NCBI GenBank assembly: GCA_973895155.1
Contig: OZ316896.1
Span: 3,758,738-3,822,737 of the forward strand
Length of the DNA: 64,000 bases
Direction: 5' to 3'
Source: Marsupella aquatica
Taxonomy: Eukaryota > Plantae > Marchantiophyta
The position numbers and the translations under genes were made by a program. How positions within the stretch are numbered: the stretch's first letter is position 1; each line of letters begins with the position of its first letter. Positions 26,601 through 40,149 of the stretch are shown here, piece after piece. The notes beneath the pieces are model-generated. The model saw only the letters and a program-made list of their open reading frames with translations. It was not told the origin of the DNA and did no database searches.

Positions 26601-28540
26601 TCCCTGCAAGACGCTAGCTGATATCGTGGAGGCCCTTCTGGGGGCCTACCTCATGGAAGGCGGCCTTGACAAGGCCTTACGAGCTATGGCTTGGCTACGT
26701 ATTCCTATCAAATTTCCAACTTCATTACCGGAAACAGTGACAGCATCACTGTTCCGGACAACGAGTTCTATAGAATTATGTGAATTGATTAACGTGGACG
26801 AGCTTGAATGCAAGCTTGGTTACAGTTTTAGAAACAAGAATTTTCTTGCCGGCGCTTTGAAGTGCGAATTCCAGGATTGCCCTGAGAATTCACTGTTCAA
26901 GCGACTGGTGTTCTTAGGCGACGGTATTGTCGACTTTGTGATAACTCGTCACTTGATAAGATCATATCCAGATCAAGATGAAGGGAAGCTCAGCGAACTC
27001 AAACAAGCTATACGAAATAGCGAGAATTTAGCTGGAGTTGCTGTCCTACATGGTCTCCATAAGCATCTACGGAAAGTTTCACCGTCACTGGACCAACCTA
27101 TCGCGGAATACATTAGATCTTTCTGGAAAGAGGGAGGGAAGGCATTCGGCTTGTCGACTCTATGCGCTCCCAGGGTACATTACATTGAACCTCATACCAG
27201 TAGATTTCGTTGGGATTGTACAGTATCGTAGAAAGAGCAATGTTGGAACTACGATTCATACCACAGGCTTATACCATAATTGATGGTCGTTCGGTTCGTT
27301 TTTCCTGGTAAACTTCTCGGGCAATGTTGTGTCTTTGACGGATCTGGATTTCTCATCGTGCAGGGTCTCGGAGACTTACTGCAAACATTAGCATCTGCAA
27401 TATACATAGACTCCAATCTCGACATCGAATTGGTTTGGCGGGTGTGTGATCGGTTGAACTTTTTGAGTTGCGTATTTTTGGAGTTGCGTCAACCGTTCAG
27501 GCTATGAGCTTATCTCGATGCTGTGTCGGATGCTATTGTGAGTGTACTATTGAAGGGCTAAAAAGGGGTTCGATTTCTCTAGGTAGGTATACATTTGCTC
27601 ACTATGAAACCGAGATCAAGGATTTTCTATCATGATCGGTTCGAGTCTGCAGACCTTACTACACGACTTCTTTTCTCTCCCCTTGAAAAGAACCGCTGGT
27701 GTACCCACTTGATCTCGGCTTCGTTGTGAACGAATGGGCTATTCATTCAGAAAAATAGAAACCTGTTTAAACCATTGCGAGCCCTTTGCCAGAGATAAAA
27801 TGGTCAATGAGTTCTAACATTCGCATCCAGTCCGCCCAGAGTAAGGCCTCATAGACATAATTTGTATGGATGACCTACGATCATGCCTTCTTTATAGATC
27901 TTATGGTCCCGGTGGTAAGTACCATTGACGAGATTGATGGGGAAGACAGTACTGTAGCTAAGCCGTACGAGTTAGAAATTCTTAGTTAATGGCAATCTTT
28001 CAGGAGTCTATTTAGTTGTCATTACCTTCAACAACTGAGTATAACGGGAAATGCAGGTACTTAGGCCCTTGCTGGAGCCTTTAGCTACTCCACTCACCGT
28101 CACCTTGCACCCTATCAAGCAACTCGAAACCATGTGTGTTGAAAAGGGGTGGTCGTTGAAGATCCATGTGAACCACTTGGAAAAGTATGTGCAAGCGGAA
28201 GTGTGGATCAATGAATTGGTGATGGGCAATTCGCAAAACGAGGACAAAAAAGTTGCTCGCAGGCTGGCGGCATCGATGGTATTGTTCAGGCGGCTTTCCA
28301 ATTTGGCTTAGGGCATGAGAATACCCTTTTCTACTGAGATTTAAGATGCGCTCAGATATGTCACTCGCCTCGAGTGTCTTGTGTTCTTTAGCGCAGGTCT
28401 GTTAGTTCTTCAATGCATCATCACAGGTAATTGTCATTTCGTGAGCCCATACTGATTTATTGTTTATCGACCTTCATGCGTCGCAGGCTCTGCAGGGTAT
28501 CTCTCATCAAAATAGTGTCCAACCTGTTGAAGCCTGCTAA
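23673..28540 (+). CDS. Dicer-like protein, helicase not detected: platform-PAZ-connector-RNase IIIa-RNase IIIb (degenerate site)-dsRBD. Exons 23673-23745(?), 23930-24243, 24476-24948, 25207-25310, 25510-25697, 26272-27174, 27364-27441, 28057-28278, 28487-28540; 5' end unresolved
   Basis: All junctions are GT-AG and phase-consistent. Platform: YSICF..D....SDFALV...LDLEVAQMSVNLFL and YYVLPL...DW. PAZ: HNG..Y.I......NGSSDFP...TYADYYSSK|CGYRL..ESQSFL. Connector: ELPPEIC...LPSVL. RNase IIIa: SYETLELLGDS...KTLADIVEALLGAY. RNase IIIb: LGYSFRNK...KRLVFLGDG...GDLLQTLASAI. dsRBD: HPIKQLETMC...KKVARRLAASM|AL. Confidence 0.9.
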
Positions 28541-28782
28541 TGAGTGGAGCGTTGGAGCCAACATTTTATGAGTTGACCAATGAAATCACCAATTTCTAGG
28601 ACATTGAAATTCTGCATGCACCGGCTCTGAAGTGAACATGACGAGCTACCGTAGAACAGGCAGATGTAGAGGTCTTTCTATTTTGAGTGGGATAGAGGCA
28701 ACTGAAGCTTAGAGAGCTTCGTCCGTTCCGAGGGGCAATTTTTTGAACGCTCAGTAGCTCAGTTTGTCGTAGGATGGCCCAC

Positions 28783-29000
28783 AACTGAAACCTGGAGCCG
28801 AAACAGCTCGCCCAGGTGGCAAGATCATAATGAATTGTCCAGAAAGTCTTGAAAGGCCGATCCGATAAGATGTATAGATGTATCTTCTGGCCAGAACTGA
28901 ACCCTGGAGCCGAAACAACCTTCATCCAGGTGGCAAGATCATACTGAATTGTCGACCAAAGTTTTGAAAAGGCCGATAAGTTGTATAGATGTATCTGCTG
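28783..29000. repeat. Tandem duplication, about 112 bp x2
   Basis: aactgaa.cctggagccgaaaca...ccaggtggcaagatcata.tgaattgtc...tgtatagatgtatct occurs twice. Confidence 0.8.
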
Positions 29001-29275
29001 ATTCTAGCAGACCCTTTTTCACAGCTCCAGTTGGGCTCGAAAATTTCCCGAGTATGAGGGCTTCGCCGCCATCTCTCACTACAATGTTTAGCGGTCACTT
29101 TCTTCCGACATTACTTTTCCCTACGACTCTGCTTCCATTGTTGGAAAACTAACCCGGCCCTGGCATTTAAAAGCTGACCTTCACGAGTGTTGGAGTCCCC
29201 GTAGTGCCTACGGCAACTCCACATTTTTTCCTTCTTCTGGATGACACCTCTCGAAACAGAGTATAGGGACCATCC

Positions 29276-29429
29276 TTGTAAACCATATCACAAGCAGTGG
29301 TGGAATCTTCGACATTGCAAGAGACCCCGGGAAGCTAAGTATGGGATCATTGTAACCATTATCACAAGCAGTGGTGGAATCTTCGACATTGCAAGAGATC
29401 CCGGGAAGCTAAGTATGGGATCATTGTAA
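29276..29429. repeat. Tandem duplication, about 74 bp x2
   Basis: ttgtaa.ccat.atcacaagcagtggtggaatcttcgacattgcaagaga.cccgggaagctaagtatgggatca occurs twice. Confidence 0.85.
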
Positions 29430-29700
29430 GCTTCGACACCAATTGTCACATAACAGGGCCACTGTATGAGACCGCTAGAAGGAAGGTATGGAATGGAATC
29501 CTTATAAACACAAGTATGCCCCCATTTTCACGATGTATAGGACATCGTAGTCACGCAGATTCTTGACATCTACACTCGATAAATCTCACCAAATTCTACA
29601 TTCAAAGCCTATTTCAGGCACTTTGTGTTTCAAGAATGTCAACAGGAACGATTTTTTCTACCCTCCTATGTACACCTCCTCCCCGACTCTGGCATAGACA

Positions 29701-29876
29701 ACCTGCCTTCGTTCTACTCATCCACATGGACTCTTTCGGGTTGACAACGAGTTTGAAAAACACAACTTCCATGACCATAAAACTAGGAACCTGCCTTCGT
29801 TCTACTCATCCACATGGACTCTTTCGGGTTGACAACAATTTTGAAAAACAGAACTTCCATGACCATAAAACTAGGT
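29701..29876. repeat. Tandem duplication, about 88 bp x2
   Basis: acctgccttcgttctactcatccacatggactctttcgggttgacaac...ccatgaccataaaactagg occurs twice, near-identical. Confidence 0.9.
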
Positions 29877-32383
29877 CCACAATTTCCATTTGGATTTTTT
29901 TGGGCACTATTTATGAATAACACAACTTCCAGAACCGCCCTTACACTCCACCACTTTACGAGTTGTTGTGGGTTTTATGCATGGGTCTTAGTGTAAACTA
30001 CAAAAATGCCCAACATTTTGCAATAGGTGGTAACGACATCACACCAATCAATTTACTTGAATATAATTTATTTAGTCATCGGGTAATATATATGTGGAGT
30101 TTATATACAAAATTGTTATATGATAGGTTTTGTGGCCCCAAGTCAGGTAGTGGCAGTTTGTGTGTTGGAGGCGGACCCAATAATGACAATTGAAGAGTTA
30201 TTGCGGGTGTATTTCTGATGGCCCACCATTCAAAGGGCCTGACTAAGTACAGAATCCATCTTAGTGTGTGGTATGTTAAGTCCTGAAAATGCTGGAGGCG
30301 CCCAGGGAGTTCCTACTTTGGAACCCAGATGGACCACAAAACAAAAGCCTTCGTTTACCCTTGAATAGTACTTTTCAAATGTAAAAACAACCACATTGCT
30401 TGGGCGAAAAGTCATCTGGTCCATGTGGGCTGTAAGATTCACGGAGTGGTTCATCCGACCATCGTTTTCCTGTGGATGCACTTGTTTGCTTGGTACACTG
30501 AAAGCCTTTCATGACTTTTCTCTTTGTATATTCAAGTGCATTAATTCTTCATAATGCATCCCTTTTTTTTGAGGAGGAGATTATACAAAACACCATAAAT
30601 ATAGTAAAAGTAAAAATTAAATATAGTTTTACCATACACAAAAAATTAAATTAAATTTAGTCAAGATCTCAAGATGATAATCAAATTACGAACAAAAAAT
30701 CTATGAATAGAATCTAATATAACTCAAGAACATATATTTTTTGCCAATTCCATAGCAACCATTTCTTGGATAACCGTTTAATCTGAATTTTCTATTTGAG
30801 GGATTCACTTTTTCTTGTTTGTTACCAAAAAGTCACTCAAGTTTTTACTTACATTAATATCCTAGTTATGGGCATTATGGAATAATGCCTTCAAAACTCG
30901 GACTACTGCCCTCATGCCCTGAAAAATGTGTGCTATATATAAGTGCACAATCCCAGCAAGACATCATTTATGCACTTTTTCAATGTGCATGGTCTGCACT
31001 ATCCAATAAATGCAGCACTATCTAAAAAATGCGTGAAAAATCATTGTATGCACTATGCTAGAAGTGCATGGGACATCATTTAGGCACTGCTGTCTGCACT
31101 ATCTAAATAAGTGCATGAGAAATCACTTATGCACTTGTTGTGTCGTGGGGTCACACACATGACTCCTCCTCATTCACCAAGCTCGTATTTGACATTTGAA
31201 CGCAAACTTATTAATATTTCAACTTGAACTAAACAACAATATATTGGCACTCAATAACAAATGTATAATAAATTGTAAACTTGCATTCAACTAGATAATG
31301 CATGAAGCTACTTTATACTTTTTGTAGTAAGTTGTTTGCCGCACTTATCAATATTTTGACTCGAACTAAACAACAAATTATTGGCACTTAATAACAAATG
31401 TATAATTGTAAACATTAGCCCTTCTTTGAACGTGAAAGGAGTACAATACAATTATCGTCTAAATGTATATTGTATTCACATGATAAAAAAATCATCATAT
31501 ATGTTATCATTTTAATATTCATTCATAACATACTATATTCTTTTCTATAGACATCTCTTGCTCTATGCACATATGTTATGGTGGGAGCATAGAACATATT
31601 TTTTTTATGAAAATAAAAATTATGACAAAATGCATACATAATTATCATTTGACATATATCATAATCATGAGTTTTGAGGTTTGGGGCTTTATAAATAAAC
31701 ATGAGCCATGGAATTACTCTAGCCTATAGTTAGCCTTTATAAATAAGGTGCATATTTATCACTTAAACACGTGCACTAATCCACGGAATGCACTTATACA
31801 CGTTCGCTAAGGCTTCGCACAGCAATCTGAGCTCTAACACTCTGTATCGTTTCGTTCAAGTTCTTCGCAACCTTGTCGAAGGAAGCCTTTTTCTCGAGTT
31901 CTTCCCGCAAAGAAATCTTAGCTCGATCGATCTACTCACACTCTGTTTCGGGTTCGTTCGCCACGAGGTTAGGTTTAAGCATTTTGTCCAAACTCGGCAC
32001 AGAAATCTTAGCTTTTCAAGCATTCAGGGGTCTTTGAATTTGACTTACTAAGATTTCTGTCGTGATGGCTCGTGGAGTTCACTTGAATGTGTCTGCGGCA
32101 ATCGGAACTCTTGGTTATCATGGTGTAACAGGCAACGGAAACGAATGAAGAATTCCACCCTGTTCCTTCCCCTGTCCCCTGCGATTTTCTCCTGCGGACA
32201 AGGGCCCTGCAGACGGACGGATGGACAATACTTTTGTTAGGGAGAGTGCTCACTTCGCTTGGGAATTTCTTCGGGACTGATTCGGCGGATTCGTTGGACG
32301 ATTTGAGCTAGGGTTGGAGGTTTTTGAAAAGTGATTTTAGTGGCAACGAAAGAACTGTAGGGAGGGGCGAAGGTATAGCAGCG

Positions 32384-35300
32384 ATGGCGCAGAAGAGGAC
32401 GGCGAGGAGGTCAGAGCTTGCCGATGATGAAGCTGACGTTCCTCTGCAGGCTGTTCTGCTGGCAGACAGTTTCGCTCAACAATTCCGTCCTATCACCGAC
32501 GAGCGCCCCAAGGTCTAGCCCGCCACTTCTCTGTGTGGGTGTTTTTGCAAGTGAAATTGTCCATATGTCGTCAATTGTGGTGTTTAGAGATAACTGAGCA
32601 GCATGATTTCTGTTTTTCACCTAGCCACGAAAATCATTGAGTAACGTTCCCTTTGTCTACAGGTGCTCCTGCCTCTCGTGAATGTGCCAATGATTGACTA
32701 CGCTCTTGAGTGGTTAGCGTCTGCGGGGGTTGCTGAAGTCTTTGTCTTCTGCTGCGCCCACGCCAAACAAGTGACGAGTTACCTGGAACAGTCGAACTGG
32801 TCGTCACAACCGAACTTCAATTTGGCCACCATTGAGTCGAGGGACTGCGTGAGCGCCGGGGATGCCCTCCGTGTCATTGATCAACGCAATGTGGTAAGCA
32901 AGACCATTTTTAAGTGTAACCATTACCTACCTCTAATTCCTGCCTCAGTGCACAAAACAAGTTCAGGTTCGAGTTGCCAACAGAAACTATCACAGAGCTC
33001 ACATGACAAGGTTTTAAAAGAGAAGAGGTCTATGCACGTGGAGGCTATCTCAGTTATTCCCCCCTGAATATCGGTTTTGTTTTGTGTCGTTGTACTACCT
33101 CCTAGAATCCTCTGTGGATTAGCAATTTTGGTATTTTCCCTTTTTCGGATTGTTGTGGTGGCTCCTAGAATCGTCTCTGGATTAGCAACTTTTGGTCTTC
33201 TCCACGTGTCTCCTTTCTGCCCCACAACACCACAGCACTGAGACCACACCACCCATTCCAGGGAAAATCCTGACTCGTCATCCCGGTAGTTTTTCCATAG
33301 TTTGGTCGATGGGATGAAAGTTTATCTCACTCGCCTGTGTCTGATGAACTCTTCCTGTTCAGATCCGTGGAGATTTTGTCCTTATAACTGGCGACACTGT
33401 CTGCAACATGTCATTGAAAGAGGTGTTGAAAGAGCATCAGGAAAGAAGTAAGAAGGACAAGATGGCAGTGATGACAATGGTAATTAGAAGGTCAAAGCCT
33501 TTGCCTTTGCTTCATCAAACACGCCTGGGTAATGAGGAGCTACTTTTGGTCATCGACCCTTCGAGTAAGCAGTTGTTGCATTATGATACACTGAAGGAGG
33601 CAAGCGGGAGTGGGACCGCAAGGCAGCAGTCACTTGCAAGGCAGGTGGTACTGGAACGATCATTACTGGAGGATAGACCAGCAGTGCAACTTCGTGCTGA
33701 TATTCAGGTGTTTAAATTTTCCCTAATAAGACTCGAAGTTTTAATGTATTATGGATTCTAGTCGGTGATTGTCGAACATTCCCGTATACTCTTTCACGTG
33801 GGTCAATCAATCACGGATAGTTGTTCTTGAGGGGGAACATACGTGCTTAATGAGAGAAGTTCAGGCTAAAATTTGGATTCACCGTTTAATATCATTCTTA
33901 CTTAGGCAAACAAGCATTAGGAGTCAAGCATTACATGAATGGCAAGTAACTTGTCTGATCATGGCTCGGTCGTTGTTTTGAAGAGCTTGTATTTCAATGA
34001 TAATGAACCCTTCCCTGTCCTTCACTGCCCCTTTCGGCACTACCCTCTTCGCTTAGTCAAATACAAACAACACGGTTCAAAAGAGTGCTGGCTTTGTCAT
34101 GGAAGTCGTTTGATTTGATTTATCAGAGGTTTGTCAAACAAGAGATGGAATTTCCTCATGTACTTTATTTCCAGGCTTGGCATGTGTGACAAAGAAGATC
34201 AGAAAGCAATCAATTGAACTTCTAGTAACATTGTGCCGAATTTTGCAGGATTGTCACATTGATATCTGCTCTCCAGAAGTTCTTGCGTTGTTGACAGACA
34301 ATTTTGATTATCAGCACTTGCGCCGTGATTTCGTGAAAGGACTGCTTAGTGATGAGGTACGGAATTTTCTCCTAGCTGGTGATTGTAGTCTATTTCACAG
34401 TGACAATTGTCTTTGACGGGATGATAATTTTCATTCTTTGAGCATTGAACTCTCTGGTTATCTGGAAATTTATTCGTAGTGAAAGGTTTTAGGGGGCCCA
34501 CCAGTTTGATTTGGGAGGGTTCAGAGGTGTCGGTTCTATTTCAGTGTACATCTTGCAAGGTCGTAGCCAATTTTTGAATCTGGAAATTGACCTCATCTGC
34601 GATTTGTTTGAGCAGGTGATGGGAAACAAAATACACACTTTTGAAATATTCGGGCATTATGCCGCTCGCGTCGACAATATGCGTGCTTATGATGTGATTA
34701 GCAAGGATATCATTGAAAGGTGGACATACCCCATGGTACCAGATATTCGGTTTTCCAGCCCAGGCAAAGGAATGAAGGTCGGACGACGCAATGTGTACAC
34801 AGAAGATGGTAATAATCTATCCCAAAGATATCCAATCTGGCTATGGGGATAATCATAGCTGTTGGCAATATGGAATTCCTCTACTCCGCTCATCGCCTGC
34901 ATCTTTACAAGCAGTGCCTGGAACGTGATTGTAAGAGGAGTCTTCTCACGTAACATTCTCCTAGGCATTAGGGTAGATATCTGACTTATCGTCATGTCTG
35001 TCCACGACAGGGGTTGCTGTAGCACAGACTGCTAGCGTAGGTCCAAGTACCGTGATTGGTACTGCGACAGCCATTGGGGAGAACAGTAGAATTCGGAATT
35101 CTGTTATCGGACGAGGGTGCACCATAGGAAAAAATGTGCTAATTGAAGGAAGCCATGTGTGGAACAATGTGACCATCGGTGACAATGCACAAATTCATTC
35201 CTCGGTAATTTGCGATGGTGCCATAGTGAAGTCGAGGGCCATTCTTGAACCTGGAGTTGTCTTGTCTTTCAAGGTCAGAACTTCTTATACACATTCAATC

Positions 35301-38300
35301 ATTTTCTCATCGTTTTCTCATCGTTATCTATGTGTTGTCCCGAAACACTTTCCTAGAGTCCAGGTTTGACGGTATCATTGCTTTTTTTTGTGTACTTTTA
35401 TGTGCTATCAGAAAGTTAACTCCAAGCGAACAGATGCATTCTCTCCACTTCAATTCAGTTTCAGCAAGTACACAGTAGAAATTTAATTAGAAGATACATT
35501 CCTTTCCATATAAGCCATGACGTACATCCACATCAAATCAACTGTGGTAACGCCTTATTGCAGGTTATTATTGGAGAAAATTTTACAGTCCCAGCGTACT
35601 CCAAAATTTCTCTCATTCATCAAAGCCCTGAGGAAGACAGCAGTGACGAAGAGCTAGAATATGGAGAAGCTGATCGTGGGGACGTTGCTGAAAGCCCTCC
35701 TAGTCCCCTTCATGGTAAGTGTTTCTCAAAGATCAACTTTGAAACAATTACTGCACATGCAGCGTCAAGAATCAACTGCGTTTGTGCTTAAAATGACCCA
35801 GTTGAGACTTGCATGGCAGAAGCACAAGGCTGAACCGTGTCCTTTGATAGCTTCACAATTTCATGTTGAAGCTACTCTTTCAATAATAAAACATGTTTCA
35901 AACTTGGAGGGGGTTAAAAACTCACCCGTGAACTTGCTGAAGGTAGACGCTAGGGCCTCCTTAGCTACCACATACTTGCCTAGCTATGTATTATTAAAGC
36001 GGTTTTCATCTTCTTTCCACTGTCTTTTAGGTGTTCATAAATGTAAGAGCAAAGGAGAATTCCCTGCAGATTGAGTTCAATTACAATCTTAACCTTTCTG
36101 TGTTGTCTAACATAGTTCTTTACATAATCTTTTCAGTCTTATCATTTGAAACGTCGGTCAACGAGAGATGTATCGAATGGTCTTAACATCCTGTAACGCT
36201 GTTGTCGATGTTTTGTTATGTTATAGATGGTGAGGTAATCAATGGCTCTCCCGGTCATGTGGGCATTGAGCATCCTGAGGGACCAAGCTGGGAACCATCA
36301 GAGGTAAGGATTGAACAGTTTTAGTAATGCTGGGCTCGAAGAACCTCTTCATCTGCTGGATTAGCTAAGTTCTGCGTCAAGTATGAAGCTTGGCCATATC
36401 AAGTTTGTGTTTACTGGATATGCTTCTGGAATAGAAATGGAACAATGCAGACCAAACTCAAAATTTGATGCCCGATTGTCCCATCAGACTCAGATACTAG
36501 TCATAATTATTCAGCGTCTCGCTGCTGTGTTGTCAACGTCATCGTACACTAGTGTATTAAAGTTACTGGTTAAAGAAGCCTTGTATCTCTGACAGGTTGG
36601 AGTAGGAGGTATTGGAAGCAAGTGGTCCAGTGGCCAAGAGGAAGAGTGGAGGCATTCAGTCGCTCCTATCCCTAAGGAGAAAATACAAGAGGTTGCAGCA
36701 CGGGAAGAGAAAGGTGAAGTAGAAGACGCTGCCGAAGACCTCCTGATTCTTCCTAGCAATGACAAGGCTGCGGAACTTGAAGTTGATGAGGAGGAAGCAG
36801 ATGAAGAGGACGATGACTCGTACTTCCAAAGAGAGGTTAATCGAGCATTTCTTGCTTAGAGATTTCATTCAGTTTCTATGTTTTCCTGGAAACCAAGTCT
36901 TCATCGATTTCGGTCCCTGATTTGATTGGGTTGTCTTGACCCCTTGTTCGCACTAATGCTAGATATGCCTGGGAATCGCTTCCTGTTTGGTCGTCTATAA
37001 ACTGCTTCATTGTTCAGGTGTGGTCTAATCTAATGTATATTCCTGACTAATTTTCCTTGAAAAGTCTTGCTGAAAAGTTTATCGACAAACTGGTATGCGT
37101 TTGAAGGTGGAGGACACGTTTAGAAGAGCTGTTACTGGCGAGTCTGGGACGCAGCAAGATCATGTTGTGATTGAAGTCAATGCCCTTAAGTAATTCATCT
37201 CGGACCCTATCGCGTTCGTCTAGTTACTTTCTTCTCTGTTGTCCTCTTTTCACACTTTAATAGTTCCATGGTCCAAGCTGATTATTTTTAGCAGTGGAGG
37301 CTGAATGATAAGGAGATGTTCTGGATATGTTTGTTTTCTCAACAAAATTTATTCCCCTAGTACAGCACTCTGTCAGTTCCGTTCTACACAGGAAGTTTGC
37401 TCGGAGGGTAATATGGGCTGTCAACGTCAGATGTTGTGCCAAACTTTGTATATCTTCTTGTATTGGACTTATGTGGATATTTGGTTCAAACTCGCAGGTT
37501 GGCATATAACCGGTCATTTTCGGATTGCGCTGGAGCAATGTTTAGTGCTTTATTGAATCTTGCATTTGAAAACCCCCATACAACTTCAAGTAAATCACTT
37601 TTCCTTGTTTGAACTACTTCCATGGTGAATTGCAACGTGCATAGCATGGGCCGCAGATTTTGACGGCTCAGTACTTCATTTTCTACAATGAAGTTCTTGG
37701 AGTAGGAAACCTGGATCGGTGAATTTGCTAGGCGGAGGGGATTGAACCTAAGGCATCCGAATTCATGTGAATGTTTACAGAGGAATTGCTGCAAAACACA
37801 AAAGAAGTGGTTTTAGAGTGGGGATCGTTGCTTCGTCGATTTTTGCATCATCAAGATGATGAAGTAAGCGAAGTGCATTCTCATCCAGTTGGTTGGTTGA
37901 GTAGTCATCCTTAGAGTGACGTGTTTTCAATTGGACATAGATACTGGTATTCTGCTTATCAGCAACTCAGGGTGGTGTTTGAACTGTGTGCTAGATGGAA
38001 GTACTGCTTAAGTTTGAGGAAATCTGCTTATCTGACAACAAGGAGTTCGCCCCCATTTTCTCTTTGGTAAGGTTCAGAGGTGAATTTTGTTCTTCCACGG
38101 TTTTCGTAAAACCGTTGTGTTTTATCGATTTTCGTTTTCTGGGAAACTGACGGAAAGCACACGGGGGGCTACCAGATCCTTCAGGAGGTCTATGACAAAG
38201 AGATCATAACAGAAGATGCCATCCTTTCCTGGGCTTCAGAGAAAGAAGGTGGGGATGAGGTAGACAAATTGTTTGTCAAACAATGCGAGAAATTTATACA

Positions 38301-38876
38301 GGTACAAAAATCAAGTATCGCCTCTGAAGGGTTGTATGCAGAATGTATTTGTGCTTTTGCTCAGCAACTGGGCAAGCTCATTGGTAAAATCCGTCGTTCA
38401 TTCTGTGTTTTGCGGGAAATTTAAACAAACTAGAAGCTTTGGAGAGTTGAAATCAAGCAATGTACTAAAAGTGTACAAGGAACACTCTGAATAAGGTCCG
38501 TAAACATTGATAAGCAACTGGACTGATCTACGGAGAAAGCGTCCCGAGTCTCAACTCGTACGGGAGAGAGGAGCTCAGACTTGAGACTAAGCTTGAATCT
38601 TTGCAGCCCTGATAATTTTCTGATATCAACACTGATTATTCTGAGCACAACTCTTTAGAGGAGAAAGTCTGCTTAATTGTGAAGCTACTTAGTCCTGTCC
38701 AAGGTGAAACCAAGCGAAGCTTCAGTAGTGCATAAATGAGAGCTGGATATGGCGTTCAGTGGACGGCCTCAAAGGAATAACTCTTCAATACTTGTTGTTC
38801 TCACTCTTTATCCTGCTGTCTTTTTTCTCAGTGGCTCCAGGTTGCTGAAGAAGATGACAGTGATGATGACACTTGA
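32384..38876 (+). CDS. EIF2B5: Translation initiation factor eIF2B subunit epsilon (about 15 exons: 32384-32512, 32663-32893, 33363-33707, 34249-34356, 34616-34808, 35011-35273, 35564-35714, 36227-36303, 36596-36835, 37107-37189, four more in 37498-38301, 38832-38876)
   Basis: [34 protein letters not shown]; [20 protein letters not shown]; WTYPMVPD; hexapeptide repeats ([14 protein letters not shown]); W2 domain ending [24 protein letters not shown]. Junctions are GT-AG. Confidence 0.95.
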
Positions 38877-40149
38877 GGGAGCCCAGAGTTGCATCTGACG
38901 TACTTTCTCTGCTAGTTACCGGTGAATGCCATCCCATTCTGGAGGCCCTGTAAGGATGTCAATCATCATGTCAAGGTAAAGATTTACTGGATAAATGCTG
39001 TCCCAGATGGTTAAAATGAGAGGCAGTTGCTCAAAGCGTTTTGAAAAGTGAATTTTGGAGGTCTATTGCTGAAGAATGGAAGACTAGTTTCCCCATTTGT
39101 GAGAGCATGCGTAGAGATCTGGATGTGTTGTTACTATCAATATCCTGGCCTCTCTTCCATATGCTGGGTTGTCAGCTGTAGTAGGAATACTTTCAGATGC
39201 TTGTTGTGACTCCTTAAGGGAAGCTTCGGCTCTGTCCAACTTTGAAGTTTGCTCTGATCACGAAGTTTTGTTTCTTCCTCAGGTATTGGACTTTGACGAG
39301 GGCAGAGTCCTTATCACATACACTAAATAGATGAAAGTGCATCGGGACTTGGAGCATGATAACGTCTCCAAAGAGTCCCCTCGCTTCTTGAGGCATTGGA
39401 AGCGACCTGATCCTAGCTCATAGTAATGTCATAAGGCACTGCAATTATTTCAAAATGCTTATGCTGTCGATGATTGTTCATTCATGGAAGAATCTCTCCA
39501 CCACTTAATTCATTACTCCTCTCATATTCTGACGACAGGCACGTGAGGAACAAAGGCGAGGTTTTCAATAAGCAGCCATCGTCGCTGGGAACTTGCTTTT
39601 CAGATCACAGATTTTTTCATACATAGATGCATTTGTTCCAAAGCTCCTTCACAAAATGCTGGATCCATTCGCGATCTGTAAGTCAGGTCTACTACATCAC
39701 TGATAGCCCTTTATTTGCGTACCCAAGAGTGGCATCAAGGAAATTAGCAGAGAATTTCCCACCTCGCCATGTCAATTCTACACTCCCCAAAGGTAGATCT
39801 TGATCGTTTCGCTATGGTTGCTTTCATCGCTATACTTCCTACCAACAAGTTATCCCTGCTAGTTTCACAAGCACTAAAAGGACACGCCAAAAGATTAGAA
39901 GTCGAGTCCGATTTATGTATAGACTCGCCATTTGGATTACTTCACATTTCTGTGTCTGCACTTTTGAGTAGTTACAGCAAACTGAAAATAAATGTCAAGA
40001 GATTAGAAGTCTGAACTGTTGAGGAATTACAGCAAACTAAAAGTACACGCCAAGACATTAGAAGTCGAGTATGTAATTATGTATAAACTCGCCATTTGGA
40101 CTACTCCATAACTCTGTGTCTGGACTGTTGAGGAGTCATAGCATCAAAC

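Noticed and set aside
28279-28311. Read-through C-terminus VLFRRLSNLA* for the Dicer-like protein
   Set aside because: Splicing to 28487 gives LAASMAL, which matches the dsRBD terminal helix better; read-through may be a minor isoform.
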